Positions 13,922 to 24,300 of a stretch of DNA of 64,000 nucleotides are shown piece after piece. The notes beneath the pieces were generated by a model, which saw nothing but the letters and a program-made list of their open reading frames with translations, did no database searches and was not told the origin of the DNA. How positions within the stretch are numbered: the first letter of the stretch is position 1; each line of letters begins with the position of its first letter. The DNA lies in the NCBI GenBank assembly GCA_951406725.2, contig OX597825.1, positions 17,670,001 through 17,734,000 of the forward strand, given 5' to 3'. The translations under genes and the position numbers were made by a program. The DNA comes from Octopus vulgaris (Eukaryota).

Positions 13922-13924
<3 letters not shown>
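13803..13924 (-). mobile_element. Short insert between (TA)n tracts, probably Penelope-like
   Basis: Flanked on both sides by pure (TA)n; minus strand ctgaagatatgaatgaaaca is a hammerhead-core-like remnant. Confidence 0.4.
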
Positions 13925-13996
<72 letters not shown>

Positions 13997-13999
<3 letters not shown>

Positions 14000-14115
14000 T
14001 CTGCGCTTAGCCAGCGGGGTGGCGTCCTTTGAAGGCTAAAACAATGCGAAGCGCATTGTGACCAGCGATGTGTATCAACATCTGATAGCCTGGTCGGTCA
14101 CCTTGATCACGGTGA
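13997..14115 (+). mobile_element. Unclassified ~120-bp structured repeat, probable non-LTR 3' end, inside (TA)n
   Basis: Second copy in inverted orientation at 15275-15383; internal hairpins acaatgcg/cgcattgt and gaccag/ctggtc. Confidence 0.65.
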
Positions 14116-14140
14116 TATATATATATATATATATATATAT

Positions 14141-14373
14141 AAATTTCGTTTTGGGATTTGGTTTGCAAGATTCTTTATATGAGTTCGTGTGTTGAAGCAT
14201 ATTCTGTTGTGTCTGGGGAGAGTTGTTCTCTTTTAGTGCCTTATTATTTAACACATTCACCGGTAAAATTTCCACTTATTTCTTATTTTTATTTTCTAAA
14301 ATTTTCGTTGCGTCTTGCAAACTTTTCAATAGTCTTGACACTCAAAAGAGAATGACACTCCCCAGACACAACA

Positions 14374-14374
<1 letters not shown>
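14141..14374. mobile_element. Penelope-like fragment with internal inversion, inside (TA)n
   Basis: ctgttgtgtctggggagagttgttctctttt (~14204-14234) is inverted at ~14344-14374; minus-strand ttgaaaagtttgcaagacgcaacgaaa is hammerhead-like. Confidence 0.55.
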
Positions 14375-14410
<36 letters not shown>

Positions 14411-15033
14411 ATCTCATATGTGTTATGTATAGACAGATGTATGTGTGTGAGAGTGTGCCTGTGTTGCTTACTCCAGAGGTTGGTCTCTGTCTGTGTCTGC
14501 AACTCTTTGTGTTTTTCTGGAGGGTATTAGTTAAGTTATAAAGTTTCTCGCGATACACTTGATTTCTGCTGAATTTTGAACGATCACTTGTTATTTCTTA
14601 ACAACTTTGCAATTTTATAACAAACAAATTTTTGCGGGTAACGCAGTCACGTAACAGAAAAGCTTCTACAAAGTCTTTCGGACAAAAGCAAATCGTTATC
14701 CTTTGATCAACTGTCAAGTAGGCGTCGAAATATAGGAAGAACATCATTGACTGTAATTCTTTTGTTTAAAGGTGTGGTTTCCAGGCAAATTGTTTTACTT
14801 GATTGACAGATCATCCAAAATAGTAGATGGCTTTAAAAACAAAAGAGTTTGTGAAGTAATATGTGCCGTGTCGTATCTTTGACAATAACCGAATAGCTTG
14901 AGGAGTCCTTCAATCGAGATAATGTAAAGTAGATACTGTAGGAATTACACTACAGGTTCGCGCGAACGCATACGCAAACCCGAATTACTACACACGTATT
15001 TACATATACACGCACATGTATGTATACGTAATA

Positions 15034-15239
15034 GGATTCCTAAAATGCTAGAAGAAGACGTCAAATCGTCTTACCGCGAAGAATTTGTTCTCAAGAAATT
15101 TCAGCAAACGCCCGAATTTAAAACGAGCAAGACAAATGAAAAGATCTCGTTTTAAATTCTGGCGTTTGCTAAAATTTCTTGAGAACACATTCTGCGTGGT
15201 AAACCTATTTGGTGTCTTCTCTTAGCAATTTAGGAATCC
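15034..15239. repeat. Long inverted repeat: 94-bp arms, 18-nt spacer
   Basis: Arms 15034-15127 and 15146-15239 align ungapped, about 81/94 identical by hand count. Confidence 0.93.
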
Positions 15240-15274
15240 ACCTTGGTGGTTATACGTCTTATGTCATCACCAAC

Positions 15275-15383
15275 ACGTGAACGACCAGTCCATCAGATGT
15301 AGTTACACATTGCTGGTCACAATGCATTCGCATTGTTTTAGCCTTCGAATGACGCCACCCCGCTGGTTAAGCGAGCAGGCCAC
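15275..15383 (-). mobile_element. Inverted copy of the 13997-14115 repeat
   Basis: gctggtcacaatgcattcgcattgttttagccttcgaatgacgccacccc is the reverse complement of the 14019-14067 region. Confidence 0.75.
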
Positions 15384-15482
15384 GGCTTATATAGTGTATG
15401 TAATATAATCATTTAACTTTCAGATTTTTTAAACATGCTAGGACACTGGCTTAAATTGATATTAATATTAATTTCTACCCTC

Positions 15483-15865
<383 letters not shown>

Positions 15866-17254
15866 GTATGTATGTATTTATGCATGTATATGCATGTATA
15901 TCTATATATATCTACACATACATATATATACATATATAGAAAGGGTGAAAGACAGAGAAAGAGTGAGTGATAGTAATGCAGATAAACATATTTAGGCTCA
16001 GCATACACATACACACGCGCACGCACGCAAACATGTACAGACATATATACATAGAAAAATGAATTCTGTATATACCTGTTATAATTTCGCGTGGTTGAAT
16101 ACTAGCTGAATACGCAAGAATTTTTGCACATTCAATTTGTAAATTATAAATATTAAGATTATTACGTAACTCCGAGCATTCTGAAACAGCTGTCGAGTGA
16201 AGTATTTAAACATTTTTCAATAGCATTCTGATTTTATGTTAAAACTAATTTTAATTTGTAAATAAGTAAATATGTGTGTGAGTGTATGTGAGTGTGTATG
16301 TGTTATTAGTGAATATTTGTAAATGCGTGTCGGAATGTACATACATATGTGTGTGTTTGTGTGTGTTTGTGTGTGTGTGCGTGTGTCAAGGCTAACTCTG
16401 TTCATCTGCAACAGTAATTCCATATCAGCTCGTTTTGGATTTCTCTTGCAATCGCTTCTGATTCTGCAAACTCTGAGCTGGAGAAAAAATTCGCTGTTTT
16501 ATGTTCAGATTCGCTTGAGCAAGACCATGTCTTTTCTATGAAGCTTTGCCACTACACACACAAACACACACACACACACATACACACACACACACAAAAC
16601 GCACACATATACACATGCGTATGTATGTAAGTAATTTATGTTCGAACGTATGTGTGTGTATATACTGAGAGACAAAAATGGTTAGATAAACTCATATGTA
16701 GCTCTCTAGGTGGTTAAAGTGATTAACAGACATACAAATGGACAGCAAAGTAGCTAGCGACATTCAGTGAATGAGAGAGATTTACGGAAAAATTCGGAGG
16801 AACATAGATGGCGAATGGAGGAATGTAGATGACATTAAAGGATCATGTATATATAATACATGTGTGCGTGTGTGTGTTTGTGTGTGTGTGTCTGTTTGTC
16901 CAAATGGATGCCCGTTGTGAAATGCTTTATAAATTTCTACCTATGTGGGTTTATTTTTTACGACCTTCGCTGAAAAACCTTGTACATTAAAAACGAAAGT
17001 AGAAAGACAAATTGCAGGCATGTACCTTGGTTATGTTTTCCTTGCTCTTCTGTTTATCTTGTCATTCATTGTATTACTTCATATTGTCACATAACGGTAA
17101 GCCAAATATCACTGCTCCCAAGAGCTTTGCATGAAATTCTATTTAAAGGCATCCTAAACTACAGAGAAAAAATATCCAGTACATGATTGTACAGTGTATA
17201 TATATAAACAAATATATAAACAAATGAATATATATTTATATATATATATATATA

Positions 17255-17267
17255 TAGATAGATAGAT

Positions 17268-17343
<76 letters not shown>

Positions 17344-17344
17344 G

Positions 17345-17398
<54 letters not shown>
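17255..17398. repeat. (GATA)n microsatellite
   Basis: Direct read. Confidence 0.95.
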
Positions 17399-17773
17399 TG
17401 TATATGCATAAATATGTGTTTATATGTATATATATATATACATCTTAATGTATATATAATTACTCATTGATATTTTTCTTTCGATCAATGATTACGTTAA
17501 CATACGTATGTGTCTGTTTGTATTTGTGCTTTTCTGCACGACCAGGCTGTATGTATATCAATGTTTTATTTGCGTGTTTTATATATGCTTATGTGTGGGC
17601 TTGTGTGTCAGTGTGCGTGCGTGCGTGCGTGCTTAAGTGTGTGTATACACATATAGAATTGATGTATAAACATCAAAGAATAAATCCACGATAATTAAAA
17701 GCTCAATTAATAACCGGTCGTTAAATTCCATCGCGTTATTTCATTGTCATAAATCCAAGTGGGACCGACATAT

Positions 17774-17946
<173 letters not shown>

Positions 17947-18676
17947 TATGACATAATCGGTTAAACGATCTTAAGAGCAACATATTTAACATAAATGTCA
18001 ATAACATTTGATCTTTGTAACGTCATGCGATAATGCAGAGATCAAATGATATTTGAACGCTATTACATAATGCAATAAACACAATGATGATCTTTTGTGG
18101 TTCTGCGTGTAATTTCACTCTGTACATCTAATGCACATGTTAGAAATAACAACAATATTAGAGATGTACGTAAATTACAAATGACATACACTTGTGGTTA
18201 TCATAATTTCTCCTATATATTAATGTAAGATAGAATAGAAAGAAGAGAAATTTATTTTTCATATAGTGCATATTTTAAATTTTCTCAACATCTGTTTCAA
18301 GATAATCATTATTCGGTGTACAATTACATTGTTGTGATGAATAATTTATTCGTTTTAAGTCAAATGTAATCGGTAAACTATGCTTACTAGATAATTAGGA
18401 ATGATATATTATGTTAAACAGGAAACAGCTACTACATTCAGTACATCGAATCGGAGTGAATAATCAGGGAAGAAGAAGGAGGAAGACGAGAAGTGGAAGA
18501 AGAAGAAGGAGGAAGAAGAAGAAGTAGTAGTAGAAGAAGAAGAAGAAGAAGAAGAAGAAGAAGAAGAAGAAGAAGAAGAAGAAGACAACTAAGCAAATGC
18601 ATATACAAGTAAATATGCAAACACATATAACTTTACATATGAATTACACGCAAGAAATACAAACATTTATACACAC

Positions 18677-18712
<36 letters not shown>

Positions 18713-18820
18713 GTGTGTATGTATATGTGTGTATGTGTGTGTGCATGTATGTATGTGTGTGTGTGTGTTATGTGTGTGTGCCGTAGTGTTTGTATTTGTA
18801 TGTGATGTATAATTTATACA

Positions 18821-19293
18821 GGAGTGTGCATCCCAAACAAATTGTTCCGTGGCATCTTGGACTAGTGTCTTCTGGTATAGACTCCAGTCGACCAAAGCCT
18901 TGTGAGTGGATTTGGTAGACGGAAACTGAAAGAAGCCCATCGAATATATACATATATATGTATGTAAGTATGTATGTATATATGTAGGTATGTATGTATG
19001 CATGTATGTATGTATGTATGTATGTATGTATGCATGTATGTATGTATGTATGCATGTATGTATGTATGTATGTTTGTATGTATGCATGAATGTATTTGTG
19101 TGTCTATTAGTCCACCCGCTATTGCTTTACAACCGATACTGGTGAGTTTACGTTCCCGAAACTTAGCTGTCCTGCAAAAGGATCCGATAAAATTAGTACT
19201 AGGCTTACAGTGAATATGTCATGGGTCCGATTTGTTTGACTTAAGGTGGTGCTCCAGCTTGACCATAGACAAATGACTGAAACAAGCAAAATA
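18821..19293 (+). mobile_element. Diverged SINE-A with (TATG)n internal tract
   Basis: gaccaaagccttgtgagtggatttggtagacggaaactgaaagaagccc and tail ggtggtgctccagc...gactgaaacaag. Confidence 0.85.
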
Positions 19294-19740
19294 ATATATA
19301 TGTATATATATGTTTGTGTGCCCACGTGTGTATGTGTATGTATGAAATGTATTTGTGTGTGTGTATGTATGTGTGTGTCGTAGAGTGTGCATTTGTTTAT
19401 GATGTATCATTTACGCTCAATTCACGAGACGCTAAACTCATTTCTTATAGACTTGTGTTGACTCTACACACAATTAATTGATTGTGAAGGTGGCGATGAA
19501 TAACTGAAAGTGTGAAATATCCTTTGAAATTTCGTAAAATTTATGACAAACATAAAACGGTGAGTGAATTACAAAGTTAGCGACTTTTAATTATAAATGC
19601 TGCTATCATTTCTTACGAAACAGAAATCATATTCTAGATGTCGTCGGCGGCGGGACATCATATTCCATAAATATGTTTTCACATAAATCTTCTCATAAAA
19701 TAAAGCAAGACCTGGGCTTATGTGTGTATATATGTGCGTG

Positions 19741-19779
<39 letters not shown>

Positions 19780-19892
19780 TTGTATGTATATATATGTATG
19801 TATATATGTATATATATATATATATGTATATGTGTATATATATATATATATGTATACATGTGCATGTATGTATATTTGTATATATATGTATG

Positions 19893-19959
<67 letters not shown>

Positions 19960-20276
19960 GCATGTACGTATGTACATTTATGTATGTGTTTGCTTGTGAA
20001 GGTATTACAAATTGATATCTAAACAGAAGTAGATCAAAATAACTGTATGACTTATTCTTTAGTGGAACATAAGTTTTACATTTTTGAGTCAAAGCCAGAC
20101 ACATTAAGTACCGTAACTGATGGTGAAAAAAAAAAAAAGAAAAAAGAACAGTATGAAACCATGCAGTCAGACAACCGAATTTTTATGTCAGACTAAAAGT
20201 GTTGATAGGTAAAATACTCAATTATGAAACTCGGTATTATCTAGTTGTATTAATATCACATGTAAATTAACATATA

Positions 20277-20820
20277 TGCAGAAGCATAGCTTCGTGGTAA
20301 GAAGTTTGCTTCCCAATCACACGTGTCTGGGTTCAGTCCCACAGCGTGGCACCTCGGCCGAGTGTCTTCTACCATAACCTCGGGCTGATCAAAGTACTGT
20401 GGGTAGTAGAGAGAAACTGAACGAAGCTCGTCTTATAGATGTGTGTGTGTCTGTTTGCCTATGTGTGTGTCTGAGTATTTGTGTATGTGAGTGAGTGTGT
20501 ATCTGAGTATTTGTGTATGTGAGTGAGTGTGTGTCTGAGTATTTGTGTATGTGAGTGAGTGTGTTTCTGAGTATGTGTGTATGTGAGTGAGTGTGTGTCT
20601 GAGTATTTGTGTCTGTTTCCCACCATCACACGACAACTGGTGATGGTGTGTTTACGTACCCCGTACCCCAGCGGTTCGGCAAAATAAATGGATTGTATAA
20701 GTACCTGGCTTAAAAAAACAAACGTACATGTTTCGATTCATTCATCAAAATGCTCCTCAGGACAATGCTCCTGCATGACCACAGTCTAATGACTGAAACA
20801 CATGGAAGGTAAAAGCTAGA
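20277..20820 (+). mobile_element. Diverged SINE-A containing a 32-bp minisatellite
   Basis: Head ggttcagtccc B-box and tail gactgaaac; ctgagta recurs at 20471, 20503, 20535, 20567 and 20599. Confidence 0.85.
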
Positions 20821-20953
20821 AAGTTATAAGCAATAACATGTAGTGTTCACGTGTACTAAAACACATCCCTACTGCCTCTCGTTTATCCACAAGTAAACCC
20901 TGAAGAACACATGCTATCCAAGAATATAATCATTGTTCCTGTATTACTTCCAG

Positions 20954-21054
20954 ATAGAAGAAAGGACGGAGCGACGCAAGGGCTCACTGATCTCTCTGCC
21001 GAATATCCGCCGTATTTGAAATGCTCACCTTGATCAACACTGTACCCACTGTTG
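20954..21054 (+). other. Candidate 101-nt spliced exon (5'UTR/start-codon or non-coding)
   Basis: Acceptor ttcctgtattacttccag and donor TG/gtgagt bracket a GC-richer unique stretch; all frames have stops, but ATG...MLTLINTVPTV runs to the donor. Confidence 0.25.
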
Positions 21055-21171
21055 GTGAGTTATTAATTTTATGAGTCCAAATTTGAACATTGCTTTATTT
21101 TTAAAATTTATCAATCTTTTTCGGTAAGATTGCTTAGATGTGCTATTTTCTTAAAGTCATTTACGAAACAT

Positions 21172-21231
<60 letters not shown>

Positions 21232-21240
21232 ATATATATA

Positions 21241-21628
21241 GGCGCAGGAGTGGCTGTGTGGTAAGTAGCTTGTTTACCAACCACATGGTTCCGGGTTCAG
21301 TCCCACTGCGTGGCACCTTGGACGAGTGTCTTCTACTATAGCCTCGGGCCGACCAAAGCCTTGTGAGTGGATTTGGTAGACGGAAACTAAAAGAAGCCCG
21401 TCGTAAATATGTATATATATATATATATGCGTGTGTGTGTGTTTATGTGTCTGTGTTTGTCCCCTTGGGTTTATGTCCCCGTTACTTAGCGGTTCGGCAA
21501 AAGAGGACCGATAGAATAAGTACTGGGCTTACAAAAGAATAAGTCCCGGGGTCGAGTTGCTCGATTAAAGGCGGTGCTCCAGCATGGCCGCAGTCAAATG
21601 ACTGAAACAAGTAAAAGAGTAAAAGAGT
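21241..21628 (+). mobile_element. Near full-length SINE-A (tRNA head, CORE-like, internal microsatellite, gtaaaaga tail)
   Basis: A-box tggctgtgtgg, B-box ggttcagtccc, CORE-like caccttggacgagtgtctt; more than 10 copies in window. Confidence 0.93.
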
Positions 21629-21841
21629 ATATATATACACACCCACAAACACACACTCATACACACACACACGCACACACATTTATCCATGCATGAATAA
21701 GACGGTTTTCCGCACACATTCTCTTTAGATAGTAAGCTGCTATTATGGAGCTCACATGCAATACGACGGAAAATGACACTGGTTTTCATTGAGCACATCT
21801 TAATTATGTAACCATGCTTGCACCCATAGTGTATGCATATA

Positions 21842-22224
21842 TCTCTCTCTATATAAACGGCAGTTTGTCTGTGAGTGTTTCCGTGTGTCTGTTTTCTCGT
21901 ACCCTCACTCTGACCACGGCTTTCAACCGATTCTGATGAAACTTGACACACACATAGCCCAATGTCATAGTTCAAAACTAACGCAGCAAAAATTTTGAAA
22001 AGTTCCTCCAGTTCTGAAAAAAATCGATAAATTCGACATGGGGTCGAGAATCAGAAACCCAAACCACAGACCGTCTAGGGGACGCAACTCCACCTTTTTT
22101 AACTCTCAAAAAATTTACCATCATTTTTTTTCCATTTTTTTGCTATTTTTTGGCTATAACTCTCTAAAAATGCTTTATAGTTATTTCCCTTACAAACCTG
22201 AGCAACGCCGGGCGATACTGCTAG
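21842..22224 (+). mobile_element. Non-autonomous Helitron
   Basis: A|TC...cctgagcaacgccgggcgatactgCTAG|T; close copy at 55269-55639. Confidence 0.9.
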
Positions 22225-23180
22225 TATATATATAAATCACCGATGCATATTATTGTCATAATATATATGACTAGTATTATCATTTATATTCACAATTCAT
22301 CAGGTTTTTGTTCATTCGTTTCATGGTGTATCGAATTTGTTTTTTTGTATTTTTGTAATTGGTACCTAAAGTTACGTAGGTATATACACACGCGCAAACA
22401 CATACTTATATAGTAAGAGAGAGGACGAGAAAGAGAGAGAGAGAAACAGAGAGAGAGAAAGAAAGAGATGGTGAGAGAGTAAGAGCTCATGAGAGAGGGA
22501 TACACAAGCTCATTGCTCTCTGAAGTTGCAATTATAAATATCCACCATATATGAAATGCACAGATTGATTACTATCAAATGCACTCATTCTCTTTTGTAC
22601 ATGCAGTGATAATCAAAATCTATAGAAATTTAAGAATCATGGTTAAAGAAAAAATATATTGGAAAGTATATATAGGATACCATCATTCTTTAATTATAAT
22701 TACTGTGATTCTTATACATTTTGCTCATAGCAAATAGAGGCAATAGTTAGATAAGAGAAATATACTTACTGCAAACAAAAATGAGACGATAACATTTTAT
22801 TTCTAGTTGACATCGTTTCAATCAAATCATTAGGAATTTTAAAAGTTTTAGATTTACGTTCTCTAAACGAGGAATCCAATTTCAATCAGGATATAATCTT
22901 AGAACGACAAATTAAATTCATGCATATTTTCTAGATTTATATCTGCCACTCTATCAACACATCCCGAAACAAATTTATTCGTATATCTATCGTTCTTCCC
23001 TTAATATAAAATACTCTAACAGATATATCTATATTTCAAGAAGACGCGTATTTTTAGATACACACATACACACACACTTTAACACACTCACATACACACA
23101 CATATGCTGTAAAGAATAATATCTTTATTTTTTTGCATATATCTATTTATATGTATACCACTCACATACGAGCGCGCAGA

Positions 23181-23274
23181 GCAATATTTATGCTTGAAGT
23201 AGAACGATACAGAGAAGATTAGCATTACATCTGCGCAAGGATGATACGCGCATTTGTGAAGCCTTCCCTATGTT
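23181..23274 (+). pseudogene. U6: U6 snRNA pseudogene (5' stem-loop lost or diverged)
   Basis: gaacgatacagagaagattagcat...ctgcgcaaggatgatacgc...gtgaagccttccctatgtt is collinear with U6; ACAGAGA box at 23209-23215, AGC at 23221-23223. Confidence 0.9.
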
Positions 23275-23277
23275 GAT

Positions 23278-23324
23278 AGGCGGTGCGCCATCATGACGGC
23301 TTTCTAGTGACTCAAAGAAGCAAA
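23278..23324 (+). mobile_element. SINE-A/LINE-type 3' tail fused to the U6 copy
   Basis: 36/47 ungapped identity to the SINE-A tail aggcggtgctccagcatggccgcagtcaaatgactgaaacaagtaaa. Confidence 0.8.
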
Positions 23325-23384
23325 TATATATATATATGTGTACGTGTGTATGAGTGTGTGCGTGTGTGTGAGCGCATGTGTGTT

Positions 23385-23423
<39 letters not shown>

Positions 23424-23502
23424 GAAGAGAGAGAAAGAGATAGAGAGAGATAGGGATGATTAAGATTAAAGAATCATAAGGTAGGAATAAAGCGGGTTAA
23501 TA

Positions 23503-24029
23503 TTGTGTTGTCCGGAAAGTTCGTACCGATTAATAGCAGCTTACCTTTCGACTTATTTTAGAACATGGTTGAATGCATAATATAGGATTTGACTACGCCT
23601 CCATTTAGAGCACGGTTAAAGCTATCTTTTCGTGGAAGATTTATGTTCCTATAACCTGTGTTAATTCTATAACCCTTTAAAATGGAAGATAGGAAAGTTC
23701 ATTGCTGCAGCTCGGCTGGTATGTATTACTCCACCCTCCATATTCACCAGATATTGCTCCTTCGGATTTCAACTTATTCAGGTCTCTGCATAACATTCTT
23801 AATGGTAAAAGTTTCAAATTTTTGGATGACGTAAATTGATCCCTTGATTAATATTATACCATGAAACCACCTCAATTCTGGGAAGAGGGTATTTGAAAGT
23901 TAAAGGAATGATGGAGACGCATTGTGCAACAAAATGGTTCATATTTGGTTGATTAAAAATGTAATGGCAAGTATTTATTGACCATTTGCTTTCCTTTAAA
24001 TATCGGTAGGAACTCTCCGGACAACGCAA
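23503..24029 (+). mobile_element. Internally deleted mariner (DD34D type) with both TIRs
   Basis: 28-bp TIRs ttgtgttgtccggaaagttcgtaccgat / atcggtaggaactctccggacaacgcaa; encodes MEDRKVH then LGWYVLLHPPYSPDIAPSDFNLFRSL. Confidence 0.9.
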
Positions 24030-24114
24030 TGATATATTAGCTTGAAAATTACCTTTCTCGTAATTATACATTATTTTGCTCGTTGTAACATATGGTTTCA
24101 AATTTTCTTACTAG

Positions 24115-24300
24115 GCCAGGAAGTTGGTGGAGGAGCTAAGTCGATTGTATCGACCCTTGTGATCAACTGGTACTTATGTTTTCGACCCCCACAAAGGCAA
24201 AATCGAGTTCGGCAGTATTTGAAATCAAAGCGTAATGACGGACGAAATACCACAAGGCATTTCGCCCGGGGTTTTATCGATTCTGCCAGCATGCCGCCTT
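24115..24300 (-). mobile_element. Diverged SINE-B
   Basis: aagtcgattgtatcgaccc...gacgaaatacc...ctgccagcatgccgcctt. Confidence 0.8.

Noticed and set aside
21925-21945. CTGATGA as a hammerhead core in the Helitron (also ~55359)
   Set aside because: Followed directly by AAC with no stem II and GAAA arrangement; resembles a common Helitron internal motif.
23181-23274. Functional U6 snRNA gene
   Set aside because: 5' stem-loop missing, internal stem-loop substitutions, no oligo-T terminator, no recognisable PSE/TATA; fused to a retroposon tail.
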